DNA from: Camelus ferus
Taxonomy: Eukaryota
DNA: 64,000 nucleotides
NCBI RefSeq assembly: GCF_009834535.1
Contig: NC_045697.1
Span: 78,370,001-78,434,000 of the forward strand
Direction of reading: 5' to 3'
The stretch's first letter is position 1; each line of letters starts with the position of its first letter. Below the pieces are notes generated by a model. It saw only the letters and a list, made by a program, of their open reading frames with translations, was not told the DNA's origin and did not search any database. A program made the translations under genes and the position numbers. Positions 11,811-24,210 of this stretch are shown here, in pieces.

Positions 11811-12899
11811 GTTGTGTTTGTGTTTTTCTCTTCCCCCAGGTCAGTTGACTCTGATTAATACTCCAGCAGGTTAGGCTGTAGCTAACTAGTTTCTCCTAAG
11901 GGTAATCTTATTAAGTAGGACACAGTGTTGTGACATATTTCAAAATGGTTTCTTATCTCCTCCCCTTTCCAGAAGCATGAGGGAATTTTTCTCTGAGATT
12001 TACTACAAGAACCTGATTGAGCTGTAGGTAAATCCCCTCATGACTGGAGGTTTTAACTGTCATAGTTGTTCACACATTAAGCACTTTCTTAATTACAGTT
12101 GGGGTGTTCCTCTCCTGGCACTGGTACCTGTGACAGTTTTCACTCATCATTCTCTGCTCCAGTAAGCCATGACTCCTTGTGTTCTCCTGTCAGTCTCTCT
12201 AATCTTGTAGACAACATTTTGCCTTGTGCTCAACCCTCTGTTACAGATCCAAGAAGGTGTTGATTTTTTAGTCTGTTTAATTTTTTTTTTTAACTTGTTA
12301 GAATGGAGTAGCAACTTCTAAGCTCCTTACATGTGGATCTGGAAACCAGAAGTTTCATTGCCTTTTTCATTTTACTTTTTAATAGAATAAAATGTCATGT
12401 AAGTTATAATGTTTAGGGATGGTAATGTATTTAATCTTATCAAGTTAACAGGTTGGATTTTTAGATATTTTGGAGTTCATACTATCATTTATAATTTCTG
12501 ATCATTAGTTACATTTACTTATAATAAGTAATAATTAGAAGCAATAAAAAGACTTAAAAATTGTCAGAATATATAAAAATGGTAGATTTTGAAAGGCAAA
12601 TAATAAGACTTTCATTATGGCACTGTAGCAAACTAGATTCCCTGAAACTTTTTTCAGAAAAATTTTTTTTTAGAAAAAGATTACCCTCTATATAAAAGGC
12701 ACTTAGAAATGCTGGCTAAAATATAATAACATTTTAAAGGAATATCTAAAGGAATATTGGTCTTACAAGAAAGTCAAAGAAATGTCCTGTGGTTCCATAT
12801 TAGAAAGACTCTGGAAACCAGAGAGGTTAGTGTGTACAAAACCTGTTGCTTCATCAACTTCATGCAGTTCTTTTCTAAGGATTTTTGGAGATGAAACCT

Positions 12900-13075
12900 T
12901 AGCATTCAGGGCACACCTCTGACATTGCTCCTTGTATCACAACCTTACATATACATCCATCACTAGACTGTGAGTTCTTTGAAAGCAAGAATATTACCTT
13001 AGTCATCTTTTGTCCCCAGGGTTTATGTATGCACCTTACACGTGGAAATAACCCAGTAAATATCTACTGAAATAA
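12900..13075 (+). mobile_element. L2 3' end fragment
   Basis: cactagactgtgagttctttgaaagcaaga...cagtaaatatctactgaa. Confidence 0.7.
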
Positions 13076-13079
13076 AGAT

Positions 13080-13920
13080 AAAATAATTATGCTTGAGAGA
13101 AATGACAATTATCTACAGAGAATCGACATTAGATTAGGAGCAGAATTCTTAGAGCAACAATTGGAGCCAAAAAATTCAGAATACTATATTAAGTGTCTTT
13201 AGGAAAAAATAAGTCTTAACATCACTTAAGGAGAAAAAATACAATTATGGACAAATTGAAAATAGAAAGTTTATCACCATTCAATCATTCTAAAACAATG
13301 TTTGAAAGCTCTTCTTCATGAGAAAGGAAACTGGTTTCTGAAAGAACTACTGAGATGCAAGGAGAAATAGAAAGGAAAGAAATTAGTAAACATATAGGTC
13401 AATTTGAACAAACATTGACTATGTAACACAATCATAATGAATAATATGGGAGAGGATAACCAAAGAAAATGGTATTCAAATCTTATAAATAATAATATGT
13501 AAGAATATAGACTGCAATCATTTTTATAATGGTTTAAGATCCTTGTATTTTAAGTATGCATAATAAAAATTAAAGGTAACCACTAAAGAACAGAAGCAGT
13601 ACATAATTCCTAAATAAAGTAGAGAATGAAATTTTAAAAATTAATCCAAAGGAATGCCAAAAGAAAAAGGATCTTTAGAAAGTCATAATAAAAAGTAGAA
13701 ATAATTCCATAAATACAATAGAATAAATTCATTAATTAAATTGCAAAATTCTGAGATTAAATGAAAAAAATCAAGTAGCAGAACAATGTTTCTAATACTA
13801 TTTATATAAATGTTATAAACATGCAACAGTGACACTATTTTTAGGAATCATGCAGCCCTAATAAAAAATAAAGAAATTTCTGATGATAAATATTTAATTT
13901 AGGACAGCGATTATCTTAGG
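13080..13920 (+). mobile_element. Ancient L1ME ORF1 and downstream remnants
   Basis: attagattaggagcagaattcttagagcaacaattggagccaaaa, actgagatgcaaggagaaat, aaggtaaccactaaagaacagaa; A-rich. Confidence 0.55.
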
Positions 13921-16900
13921 AGTATACTGAGTAGTTGATATGTGGTGAACTAGTTAATTTTTCATGTTTTTCATAGATCTGAAACATTTGCCAATGTTTT
14001 TGGTGAAAACCCAGGTTGGATTTTAATCTGCTTTTAATCAAGACATGACTGTAATCAGTGTTAACACACGATTTTGACACAGAAAATTCTCCATGTTGCC
14101 TTGTGGCATTTCAATTGTACGTATTTTAGTTATTCGGCCACCTGCTGCTTTGATGCTTGATGTAGTATCTTCAAATTATGGCCCTGAAAGATGACAGGAG
14201 CAAAGAAACCAGTTTTCATAAGCAGCATCTTAGAAGCTGAACCACATTTTAGATCCTGAAAGATGAGAAATAGCTTCAGCTGTGGGAAAACTGGAATGTA
14301 GAAAAACATTTAAGCCAGTGTCTGGTTACAAGGATTTTTTATCTTAACTACTGCTCATTTTTAAGGGATGCCATTCTAGGGAGTGCGAAGAGCAGAATGA
14401 ATTCCTTTATTCTCTCAGCTTCTAACACTGCAATCTGTACCATCTGTATTAAATGACTCTATTTGCCCAGTGGAGCAGTAGAGTTTGTTATATTAGCCTT
14501 TGTGAGATAAATGACTTGTTAGAATTCTCCAGTTTAACCAATGTGAAATTCCCAATCTCTTGCCAATCCTTAGACCTGGTTTGAGTGTTGACAGAATGTT
14601 CATTAAAATCACTGCAGAGACTGACACGTAACACCCAATCAGTGGTTCTCTTCTCCTCTCAATTTTTCTTTCTTCTGCAGTACATTCTTTCACCTTTTGG
14701 ATACTGTTGAACAAATGCCTTCTTTTCTTTTCTTTTTCCCAATAATATTAGAAAAAGTGATGGAGGTATTTACAGAAGACTTTTTCATTGTGATTTCTGC
14801 TGAGGCATTTGGTTTACTTCATTACTCATGCTACAGACACAAGGGAATATGATTGCAAATAATAAGAGAGCATTCACCAGAGCAATGTCATAAGAAGGTA
14901 AATTTAAAAATTATGGCTACCTATGCAAAATACGTGTATGTTGCTTATACAGAAACTAAAATATATAGAAAATGAAATACAGACCTTATCTCACCATCCA
15001 AATAGAACCACTGATAATTCCAATGGTATTTCCTTCTGGGATTCTTTAATTTGCAAACAGACACAGAGACAAGTAGATAAATACCTAGATATCGACATAA
15101 TTTCTATCTGTCAATGTATCCATATCTACGTATTTCACATTTGTTTTATAATTTTCTTTTTCTACTTAATGCATTGAACACTCTGAGAAAAACTTTGACC
15201 AACTTATTCAATTTATTATTGAAACAATGTAGAATGGTCTTGCTGTTGGGTCTATAAATGTAGACATAAACTGCTTCAAGAATAAACATAGTGTAGAATT
15301 TAAAATTTTTATGTAAGATTAAAAATAAAATGTATTAACACCTATCTCTAATTTTACTTTTAGTCTTAAGAGTTAGAATATAAAATTGTAAACCAATGAA
15401 GAATATTTCTAATTCTCTTGAAATAGGAAGATAAACTTATTTTTAAAGAATCTTATAACTGTTTTGAAATTTTAAGTTGTATATCAATTTAAAAGTAAAA
15501 ATTTTATGTTTCAACTTTGAAATGTCTTTATTGTAATAATTTGATCCATAAGTATTTGCTGGTACTGGTGGTAACATACCTTTTGATTTAGTCTTTATTT
15601 GTGATTTTTTTTCTATGACTTTTTGTATATTAGATTAGGTGCTTTTAGGCACACTTGCAATATTTTGGAAAAAAAATTTTATTAGCCATGTACACCCTGT
15701 TCTAAATTTTTTGACATTTTTATTATTCAAGATAGGATTGATGAAGTTTTTTATCACATTTAAGAGTTCATATACATAGTAATGCTGCAATGATTTAAGT
15801 TAGAAATACTGCACATTTTCAGGACCCTGACTCTAAAATTGTATGTAGAAAATAAGCAAAATGATATTATAAGCCTATTTCCCTGAATATGTGCTGCCAT
15901 GATGAGTTGTCAGGAGGAATCTAATCTCATTTTAAGAGCTGTAGTCAATACTCAAGTAAAAGCTTAGTGGGATTTGAAGAATTTCACAGTCAAGTTTCCA
16001 ACATTTCCTTTAACAAAATAAGGATATTGATAAATCAGTTGCAGAACAAAGAAATGCAGCAAGATAGACATACAGTATGATTTCCTTTGGAGATTACTGA
16101 AAAACAATTTTTCCTTCTTTTTCTTCTCTTCAATTTCTTGAAAATTTTGGAGTAGGAAAATTTTCTTCTTTAATTTTGTAATTTTGAAGTATGCTATTTT
16201 CAAGTGCATTTGGTAACATATGTTATTGCATACTATTTTCATGCATATAAAGTTAGGGATTTATAGATTACAACTTTTGAAAAAGGTGAAAAATAGAGAT
16301 GCTAGTAGAGCAAGCCACCTCTTAAAACTGAGCTGCTTAATCTTCTGATTCATAAGCTTTATGAAAAATATATTTTTTTTTAGTTTGGAAGAGAGAGGGT
16401 GACCCCCAGTTAAATAGTTTTTGGTGAATCACAATCAGTAATAGAAGTCTGAAACACAATCAACAACACAATACCGTGCTAAATTAAAAACTCTAATCTA
16501 ATGATATTTTGTACTTCTTTTACAGTATAGCAATTTAACCATTTGGGTCATTAAATAATGATAGAACAAAGCAGACCAAAACTTAGAGTCTTGTGGCTGG
16601 CAATAACAGATATATTAGTTGCCTGAGAAACAAAGGTTGTTATGTCAGTCCCCAAGCAATTAGCAATTGAAAAATAAAATTGCTAGAGCCCTCAACTTTA
16701 TGTTTGAATTTATTTATGTTCAAGCACCCATATCTAATTTATATCTGAGGCATGCTATGTTTGCCTTTATAACAGCATCGAAAAGATCCTCTTCCCCATC
16801 GTTAGAGTCAAAGTATAATCCATATTGTCTTTGACCTTCCGTAGTAAGAGCTTTAAATCTTGTTTTTCTACTTACCATGTCTGTCTGTGGTGATACATAC

Positions 16901-17049
16901 TTTCCAATCATTTCCAAGAGTGTGTGCTTTGACCAAGAGCCTATGAATGTGATTTCCTCTTCCAGTGTACTCACATAAGGGCACAGTGGGCCCAAATGTC
17001 CTTATAATTAACATCTATACATGCTACACAAATACAAAAAACAAAAAAA

Positions 17050-17650
17050 CAGCCTGCAGGTCCTAGAGAGTGAATGAAAACAGGCAGCTTCTCTAGGGTA
17101 GTTGAAACTGGGAAGAAGGGAGCAGCATGGGCTGAGTTTCCCATATTTTTTCAGTTTTTGGCTTGAGGGTAGACTGAGATCGGCACCAGCTAGGGTGACT
17201 AAAACTCCAAAGAAACCTCACGATCTTTGTGAACTGAATAATAAGAAGACAATATTTGGAGTGAATGAGTCACTGGAAAGTTAGAGTAGAATCCTGGAAA
17301 GGAGAGAAAAGGCCCCATATTCTGCATATAAACTGTCCCTAACTCTCTGGCTGACTTCTGAACTACTGTGCACAGGACAGATTCCAAGGAACCCAGCTAC
17401 AGTTTGAACTGAAATGAGATTGGAGCTACTGCCTGAGATGGAGTTTGCAGCTGGAGTCCAACCAAATATATTGCTTGCTGAGACAAACACAGCAATACTT
17501 CTTGGAGGACTATAATAAAATCCATGGATGCGCAACATAACATTCACAGTGTGTGAGGCACAATCCCAAATTACTCTATCTTTGAAGAAACAGGAAAATG
17601 TGACCAAGTATCAAAAAAAAAAAAAAAAAAAAAAAAGACCAAGAACACTC
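17050..17650 (+). mobile_element. Ancient L1M 5' region fragment with expanded A run (17613-17636)
   Basis: gggctgagtttcccatatttt, ctctggctgacttctgaactac, caacataacattcacagtg, aacaggaaaatgtgacc resemble L1M 5' consensus. Confidence 0.6.
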
Positions 17651-18299
17651 ACTGCAACGACTGAATTTTAATAATAGGATCTGGCTGATGAGTGAATGGG
17701 TATTTGCCTTCATTCACCTTTGCTATATTTGTAAATTTCTATATAAAAATAAGAAAAAAGTCAATGATGAGAAGACCCTCTTCTCCACACTACACTCCCA
17801 TCTCAACTTCTCCACAACTCAAACCTTCAATTTCTTAACAAAGTCAAATTTAAAGGTCTTACTGGCTGTCACACTTCTTAATCTTCAGCACTTCATATAT
17901 TGTTCAGCACACAGTCAGCACCCAGAAAATATTTTTTTTACTTACATCAAAAAATAAGTAATAAATTTGATGTCTTTTGCACTTTCCTGTAGAACACCAT
18001 ATAGTTATTTCAAACAGTATCTTTTGAATAAAAGTGGGTCAGTGATTTTTTTACTTCCATGAATGATTTGCAGACATGACCAGTGGTACCAAATACCCTA
18101 ATTGTGGCCAGATCTTCCTTGCAAATGACTCTTTCCTTTCTGGCAAAAACACCGCCTCAAAAGCCTTTAAAAGCAAAGACATAACTGATCTAAGTTCCCT
18201 TTACCCTCTCCACGCACTGCCACACAAGCTAAAAGAGTATATGTGATGTGCATCTAAGTGTATGATGTTAAATTCACTTCACCTTGGAAGCACAAACTT

Positions 18300-18846
18300 T
18301 GTTATAGTTAATTTAGGTGTCACTTGACTGAGCCCTGGGGTGTCCAGGTAATTGGTCCAACATTATTTTGGGTGTGTCTGCAAAGGTGTTTCTGGATGAG
18401 ATTAACATTAAAATTAGTAGACTGAGTAAAGTGGACCGCCCTTCTCCATGTGGGTGGGGTTCAATCTGTTGAAAGCTTAAATAGAACGAAAAGGCTGAGG
18501 AAGAGTGAATTCACCCTCTCTGCCTGTCCTTGAGTTAGGACGTCAGTCTTCTCTTGCCTTTAAACTTGGACTTGGACTGGCACTTACACCATTGGCTTCT
18601 GGTTCTCAGGCTTTCGCACTCAAACTGGAGCTATACCATCAGCTCTGGCTCGCCGACGGCAGGTCTCGGGATTTCTCAGCTTCCATAACTGCATGAGTCA
18701 ATTCCTTACAGTAAACCCCAATGTGTATGTACATACATGTGTGTCTGTATACACGTGTGTGTGTATGTATCTCTACCTACATCTCTGTCTATATCCATCT
18801 CTGTCTCCTATTGGTTCTGTCTCTTGGGAGGATCCAGACTAATACA
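18300..18846 (+). mobile_element. MLT2-type (ERVL) solo LTR, full length
   Basis: TG...CA ends: tgttatagttaatttaggtgtcacttgactg ... cctattggttctgtctcttgggaggatccagactaataca. Confidence 0.9.
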
Positions 18847-21759
18847 AGTTTGAGCTTGTGTCAAGGGAAGTGCAACCCAGATTGGTAAGATTGATAAGCT
18901 GTCACCTCAGAAATTTGTTTTCACAAAATAGTTTCAACCTACTGGAGACTTGAATATTCAGCTAGATATCACAAATGATTATTCTCTCATGTTTGAAAAC
19001 CTCATTTATTTGTTTCTGTGCCAACAAGAGCTCATGAAACCTAATTTTCTAATGTCATCTTCATTTTCTTTGCAGAAGAGACACCTGGTGTAAACGAATT
19101 TTAGGTAAATAAGGACATGCTTTAGTCTTGAAAGAGGTGTGGCAAGATTTCTTATATTTACATCCTTGTGATAAAATAAGATAAAGATTTTACCTAAGAT
19201 AAAAACTCTTCAAATTTTTAAGCCTCTTTATATTATTAACTTACTGTGAATTTTTAAAATTTCCAATATGAATCTTCTAAAGTCATCATAACATTTTGAG
19301 GCTCCAGTGATCGTTTCAGAAGAATTCACCTAGTTAGTTAGTGATCCTTTTTATTTAGGCATCAATACATGCTTTTTTTTTCCGCTTGTACAAAATTTGA
19401 CCTTATCATATGTATAAAGAAAAAAAAGGTAGCATCCAATAAGAGTAACACATTTTTCCATGTGTTCAAGAATCTTCACTTACATATCACTTTTGTGACA
19501 AAGATTCAACTCACACTTAAGATGAAGAAATAAGAAAACATTTGAAGTTGCCTAACAGCTGTCAGCTCTTCTTATTTGTGAGGTAACAAAGTGGAAAGTT
19601 CTATATCCCAGTTTGCTAGAGAAATGAAGATAATTATAGGATGGAAGGAATGTGTGAAAAGTACCTTTCCTTCGTTTCCTATAATTTTTATCTTGGGAAT
19701 ATTTGCAACTAAAAATTAAAAAATAAAATTTTATATATTCTCATGTATGTGAGAAAAAAAACTCATCTCATCTCTAATAATAACTTTAGCATTTAGCACT
19801 TATAATTGATTGCTGTAACAGTTCAGTTGAGGTTGATAACACAGACATAAAAATATATCCTCAGAGAAATGGTAAATAACAGTAAATGACATCAAATTCA
19901 TTCCAAGAATCAGAACCTAATCATATTATTATCATTATTATTAAATTTTGTTTTTTCTTATTCCAAAAACATTTTGGATAAGGGAGAGAAGCTTTAAAAA
20001 AAACTGTACCCTGTGACTAATAATAAAATTTAAATAGATGTAGTTGTATTCTTAATTAATTAATTCAATGACTAATACTTCCATTGACATTAGATGAGTG
20101 TGATCTTTGTCATCAGACTTTCAACAAAGCAAATTCATTAGTAATTAAACCATGGCATCAAATTAAGTTTAAATTTCCTATATCCTGCCTAAGAAAGCTA
20201 CTTCACCAGTAATAATTTAAATAAAATCCTTCTGTTTGTAATAATTGCTTTCAGCAATATGGTAACCTTGACTTCTTATCCAATTTTGCAATGGACAGTT
20301 TTCTTTGGCTAGTAATTAGTGACTGGTTAAAATTTTATTTCTATCCAACAGAAAATTTTTCTTTAGGTGGCCCAAATATTACCGTTTGGGTCTAATTATG
20401 AGTTAGGCTTTGTAGCTTCCATAAGCAGAATTCTCTAGTCAAGTATATAGCCTCAAAAGATGTTCTAAAATTTTACAAAATAGCATTTTAAATTTCACTT
20501 TAATATTCACATTATTTATATTACCAATCTGAAGGCAGAACAGGGTATTATTTGAGAGTCTGTACCGTTAACTCCACCATGACCACCATATGAATAAACT
20601 AAAATTTCAGTATGTAATGCATTAATTTCTTTTTTATAATCTTCAGCAGAATTATAGCAGAAGGATAAGCTTTAAATATCTAAGAATAAGTTACGAGGCA
20701 TCCAGCAAATCTACCTGAACTTAAAAAACGTATGTATTTTTTCTCAAACCTTCATGTATACCTAAAATATATGCAATTACATAACATGTAATACATAAAA
20801 TAATTTAATTATAAAATATTTTTAAAGTATTGCAAATACTTAACTAGATATATAAGCTAAAGGTATTTCTGAAAAGCAGTGAAGAATTGAGAAGTATTTA
20901 AATGATCAGTTTTAGAGAGAAATTGTAAATGCAAGTTTCTTTCTGTATCGCCTAAGCGGCAGAATAAACCTACCTAGAGGTTCAATATTGTTTTGCTTAG
21001 ATGAACTCCATCATTTCTATATAGATTGAAATGTAGAGCATTTCCAAAAAAAGTTTTGGAAATGGAAAGACATACTAGCTAAAAGATCTGACATTTCAGT
21101 TCAACAAAATGCTGTTAGGTCAACAAATGCTTTTAGGACTTTTCAGACAGTATTGGTTTTCCCTAGCGTGCTTACAGCATGTGAGTTCGCTGTGATGCTG
21201 GATCCTGAGTAGATAGGAGGGCCAGCTAACTTAAGCTGTATTTCCCACAACATCACCCTAAGAATTAGTGTTATTTGGCATAGACGCTGTTGATATAATT
21301 TATAAGATGATGTGTTCTACTCTGATTTAGGTAACTTTCTAGTTTTAAGTAAGTCTTTCATTTTCAAGTCACAGTTTTTTTATTGATGAATGGAGATGAC
21401 AGTGATTCCTCACTCTCAAAATTACGACAATGAACATGGTATGTGTGAATTTACTTGGTAAGTGGTGTTATTGTATATATCTTGACAGCTATAGAATTAT
21501 CAGGAGAAGAATTTATAGAGACAGTATTCATTTTTCCCTCCAATTTGCTAACATTGCCACTGCCTTATTATAAACATTTATAATGTTTTTAGAAGAATAA
21601 GATGCCATAATTAAATAATGGTAACTGCTTAATGGGAACTACTATATAGGAAATTTTTGACAGGGTGACAAAATGAATGTGAATTCAGACCTCCCCACAG
21701 CCAACCAAGATTCCTGGGGGGCTCAAGGGTCATGGGGCATCCGTGCTGTCCAGGCTTCC

Positions 21760-22395
21760 GGGTCCATCTCCTACTGCTCTCCTACAAGTGCTCTGTGTGC
21801 ATGGTCCACTAATGAGCTATGTTCTTTCTTGCCTCCTACCTTTACACATATTGTTTGCTCTGCCTACAACAGCCGATTTTCCCTCATGCTCCTAGTGAAC
21901 CTCTACTCATCCTTGAGACTCAGTTCAGATTGACTTCATCCAGCAAGTCCTTCCTGACTTTCCCAGGTAGTTAAGCACTTCCTTTCTGTGTCTATTGTAA
22001 GTCTATCATAGCTAGGCCTTATCACGTAGTTGGAGTTGTAGCTTTGCATTTTTGCATTTTACACTGAATTGTGAGGCTCCAGATAGCAGGGCTAGCCTAG
22101 AGGTTAAGAGCAAGGAGACTGGCATCACAATGCGTAAGTTAAAATCCTAGAGCTCTATGCTTACTACCCATATGAAAAAGGGAAAGTAAAGGAACCATTC
22201 ATCTGTAAGTTGGGGCTAATGACAATAACTGAGCTATTTAATGAATTAAATGAATAAAACTCTTAGAACAATATCTGGCACACATTCTGAACTCAACTTA
22301 TGTTTGATATTATAATTATTCCCTTCTTTTTAACCTACAAACAAACATTATGCCTAAGACATAGGTTTCTAATAATAATTTGAATGAATAAATGA
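21760..22395 (+). mobile_element. L2 3' end interrupted by a MIR (about 22085-22320)
   Basis: L2: ctctactcatccttgagactcagttcaga, gaattgtgaggctccagatagcaggg, taataatttgaatgaataaatga; MIR: gaggttaagagc, catctgtaagttggggctaatg, cttagaacaatatctggcacaca. Confidence 0.7.
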
Positions 22396-22486
22396 TTGTA
22401 GTGTTCACTTAAAAAGTCCACAGGTAACTCTGAAAATAAGTTGTCATTGTCATATTTATAAAAATGGTAAAATCTTTATTAAAGTC

Positions 22487-23166
22487 CTTGGAAAACAGTA
22501 TGGAGATTCCTCAAAAGACTAAAAATAGACTTAACATATGATCCAGCAATCCCACTCTTGGGCATATATCCAGAGGGATCCTTAATTAAAAAAGACACCT
22601 GCACTCTACTGTTAATAGCAGCACTATTTATAATAGCCAAGACATGGAAACAACCTAAATGTCCATCAAAAGATGAATGGATAAAGAAGTTGTGGTATAT
22701 TTATACAATGGAATACGACTCAGCCATAAAAAATAATAAAATAATGCCATTTGCAGCAACATGGATGCCCATGGAGAATGTCATTCTAAGTGAAGTAAGA
22801 CAGAAAGAGAAAGAAAAATACCATATGATACCACTCATATATGGAATCTAAAAAAAAAGATAAATGAACTTATATATAAAACAAACAGATTCACAGACAT
22901 AGAGTACAGTCTTTTGGTTGCCAGGGGACAGAGAGGTGGGAAGGGATAAACTGGGAGTTTGAGACTTGCAGATACTGACTGTTATATATAAAATAGATAA
23001 ACAAGTTTATACTGTATAGCATAGGGAACTATATTTGATATTATAGTAGCTTACGGTGAAAAGAATATGAAGATAAATATATGTATATTCATGCATGACT
23101 GAAGCATTGTGCTGTAAACCAGAAATTGACACAACATTGTAAACTTACTATACTTCAGTAAAAAAA
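22487..23166 (+). mobile_element. 5'-truncated LINE-1 (ORF2 C-terminus and 3' UTR)
   Basis: Peptide GIYPEGSLIKKDTCT...AALFIIAKTWKQPKCPSKDEWIKKLWYIYTMEY...YHMIPLIYGI; TSD aaaatctttattaaagtc (22469-22486) / aaaatgtttattaaaatc (23163-23180). Confidence 0.95.
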
Positions 23167-23954
23167 TGTTTATTAAAATCTAAAATTACTAAATGTGTGC
23201 AAAACAGTTTCTTTTTGTGAAAAACAGGTGGCCATATTAAATAAGGATAAATCAATTCTGTTTAAACTCATAAATTCTTTGATTTGGGCAGCAAACAAGA
23301 AAACAAAGTGGAATAGAAAATAAAATTTATTTAGTCTTCCAGAAAGTTTAAAGATGCACACCAAAACCATAAAAAACCAACAAACAAAAATAATTGAGTT
23401 ATGAATGTCCTTGTCATTCAGGTTAATATTTGGTCATGGAGACAAATAGTTTCCTTAAATGTATTTATTAGCTTAATGCACTTCCTCCCCCTCCAAATCT
23501 TCAGTATTTTTCTAACACATTCCAAGACATTTATGAAGTTTCTATGGAAAAATAAACAGATCAGTTATAGGCAAAAATATCTTAAAACATATGGGTAACA
23601 TCTTGTTAGATTGTATTATACAACAAAAATAATATAGCCAAAGCATATAAAATCACTAATATTCATAAATCAGCATTTCCATGTACCAGGAAAACATGGA
23701 TTATTAAATAAATGATCCTAGATTACTTGGTTAATTACATAGAAAAGTAACATTGCCTCATACCATATCCTAAAATAAATTGTAGGTAGGTAAAGAAATG
23801 AAATGTAGAGGAAGAAATAGAACTAGAAGAAAAATAGAGTTGACTATAATATGATATTAGGGTGAAGAAGATCTTTCTAGGCATGGTGAAAAGAAAACAA
23901 TTTGTTAAACTGATTAAAATATAGAAATTAAAAACACCTGTCATGATAACATAC

Positions 23955-24210
23955 CCAGTGGTCAAGAACACTCACTGACTTTGAAAAAACCACATAGGAT
24001 TTACAAAAACAGCTCTGCCATGCATTAGGTTTGACTTCGGGCAATGTACTTAACTTTTACAGGCCTCAATTTTCTGATCTGTAAAATAGTCACACAATAA
24101 CACATACAATAATAATGACAGTTATTATTATTATGACTATTAGACAGTAAGTACCACATAGGGGCTTTTCTGGAAATAAGTAAAATAATATTTATCAAGT
24201 ACTTAGCTTA
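23955..24210 (+). mobile_element. MIR SINE
   Basis: cagtggtcaagaaca, tgacttcgggcaatgtacttaacttttacaggcctcaattttctgatctgtaaaat. Confidence 0.75.

Larger units (their letters stand above)
7860..12354 (-). mobile_element. Ancient L1M element (5' UTR, ORF1 and inter-ORF remnants), interrupted by younger insertions
   Basis: Reverse-strand L1M-like ctgaagaactgctttaacatttctt and ttttggaaaattctaagctatt; 5' terminus acttctggtttccagatccacatgtaaggagcttagaag on minus near 12354; 11830-11990 is homologous to 56340-56505. Confidence 0.7.

Noticed and set aside
14133..14151. CTCF-like GCAGCAGGTGGCC on the minus strand
   Set aside because: Mismatches at two informative positions and no upstream motif; more simply an E-box.
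19076..19104. 29-nt exon-like segment (ttttctttgcag ... tag|gtaaat)
   Set aside because: Moderate sites only, not frame-preserving, no support.
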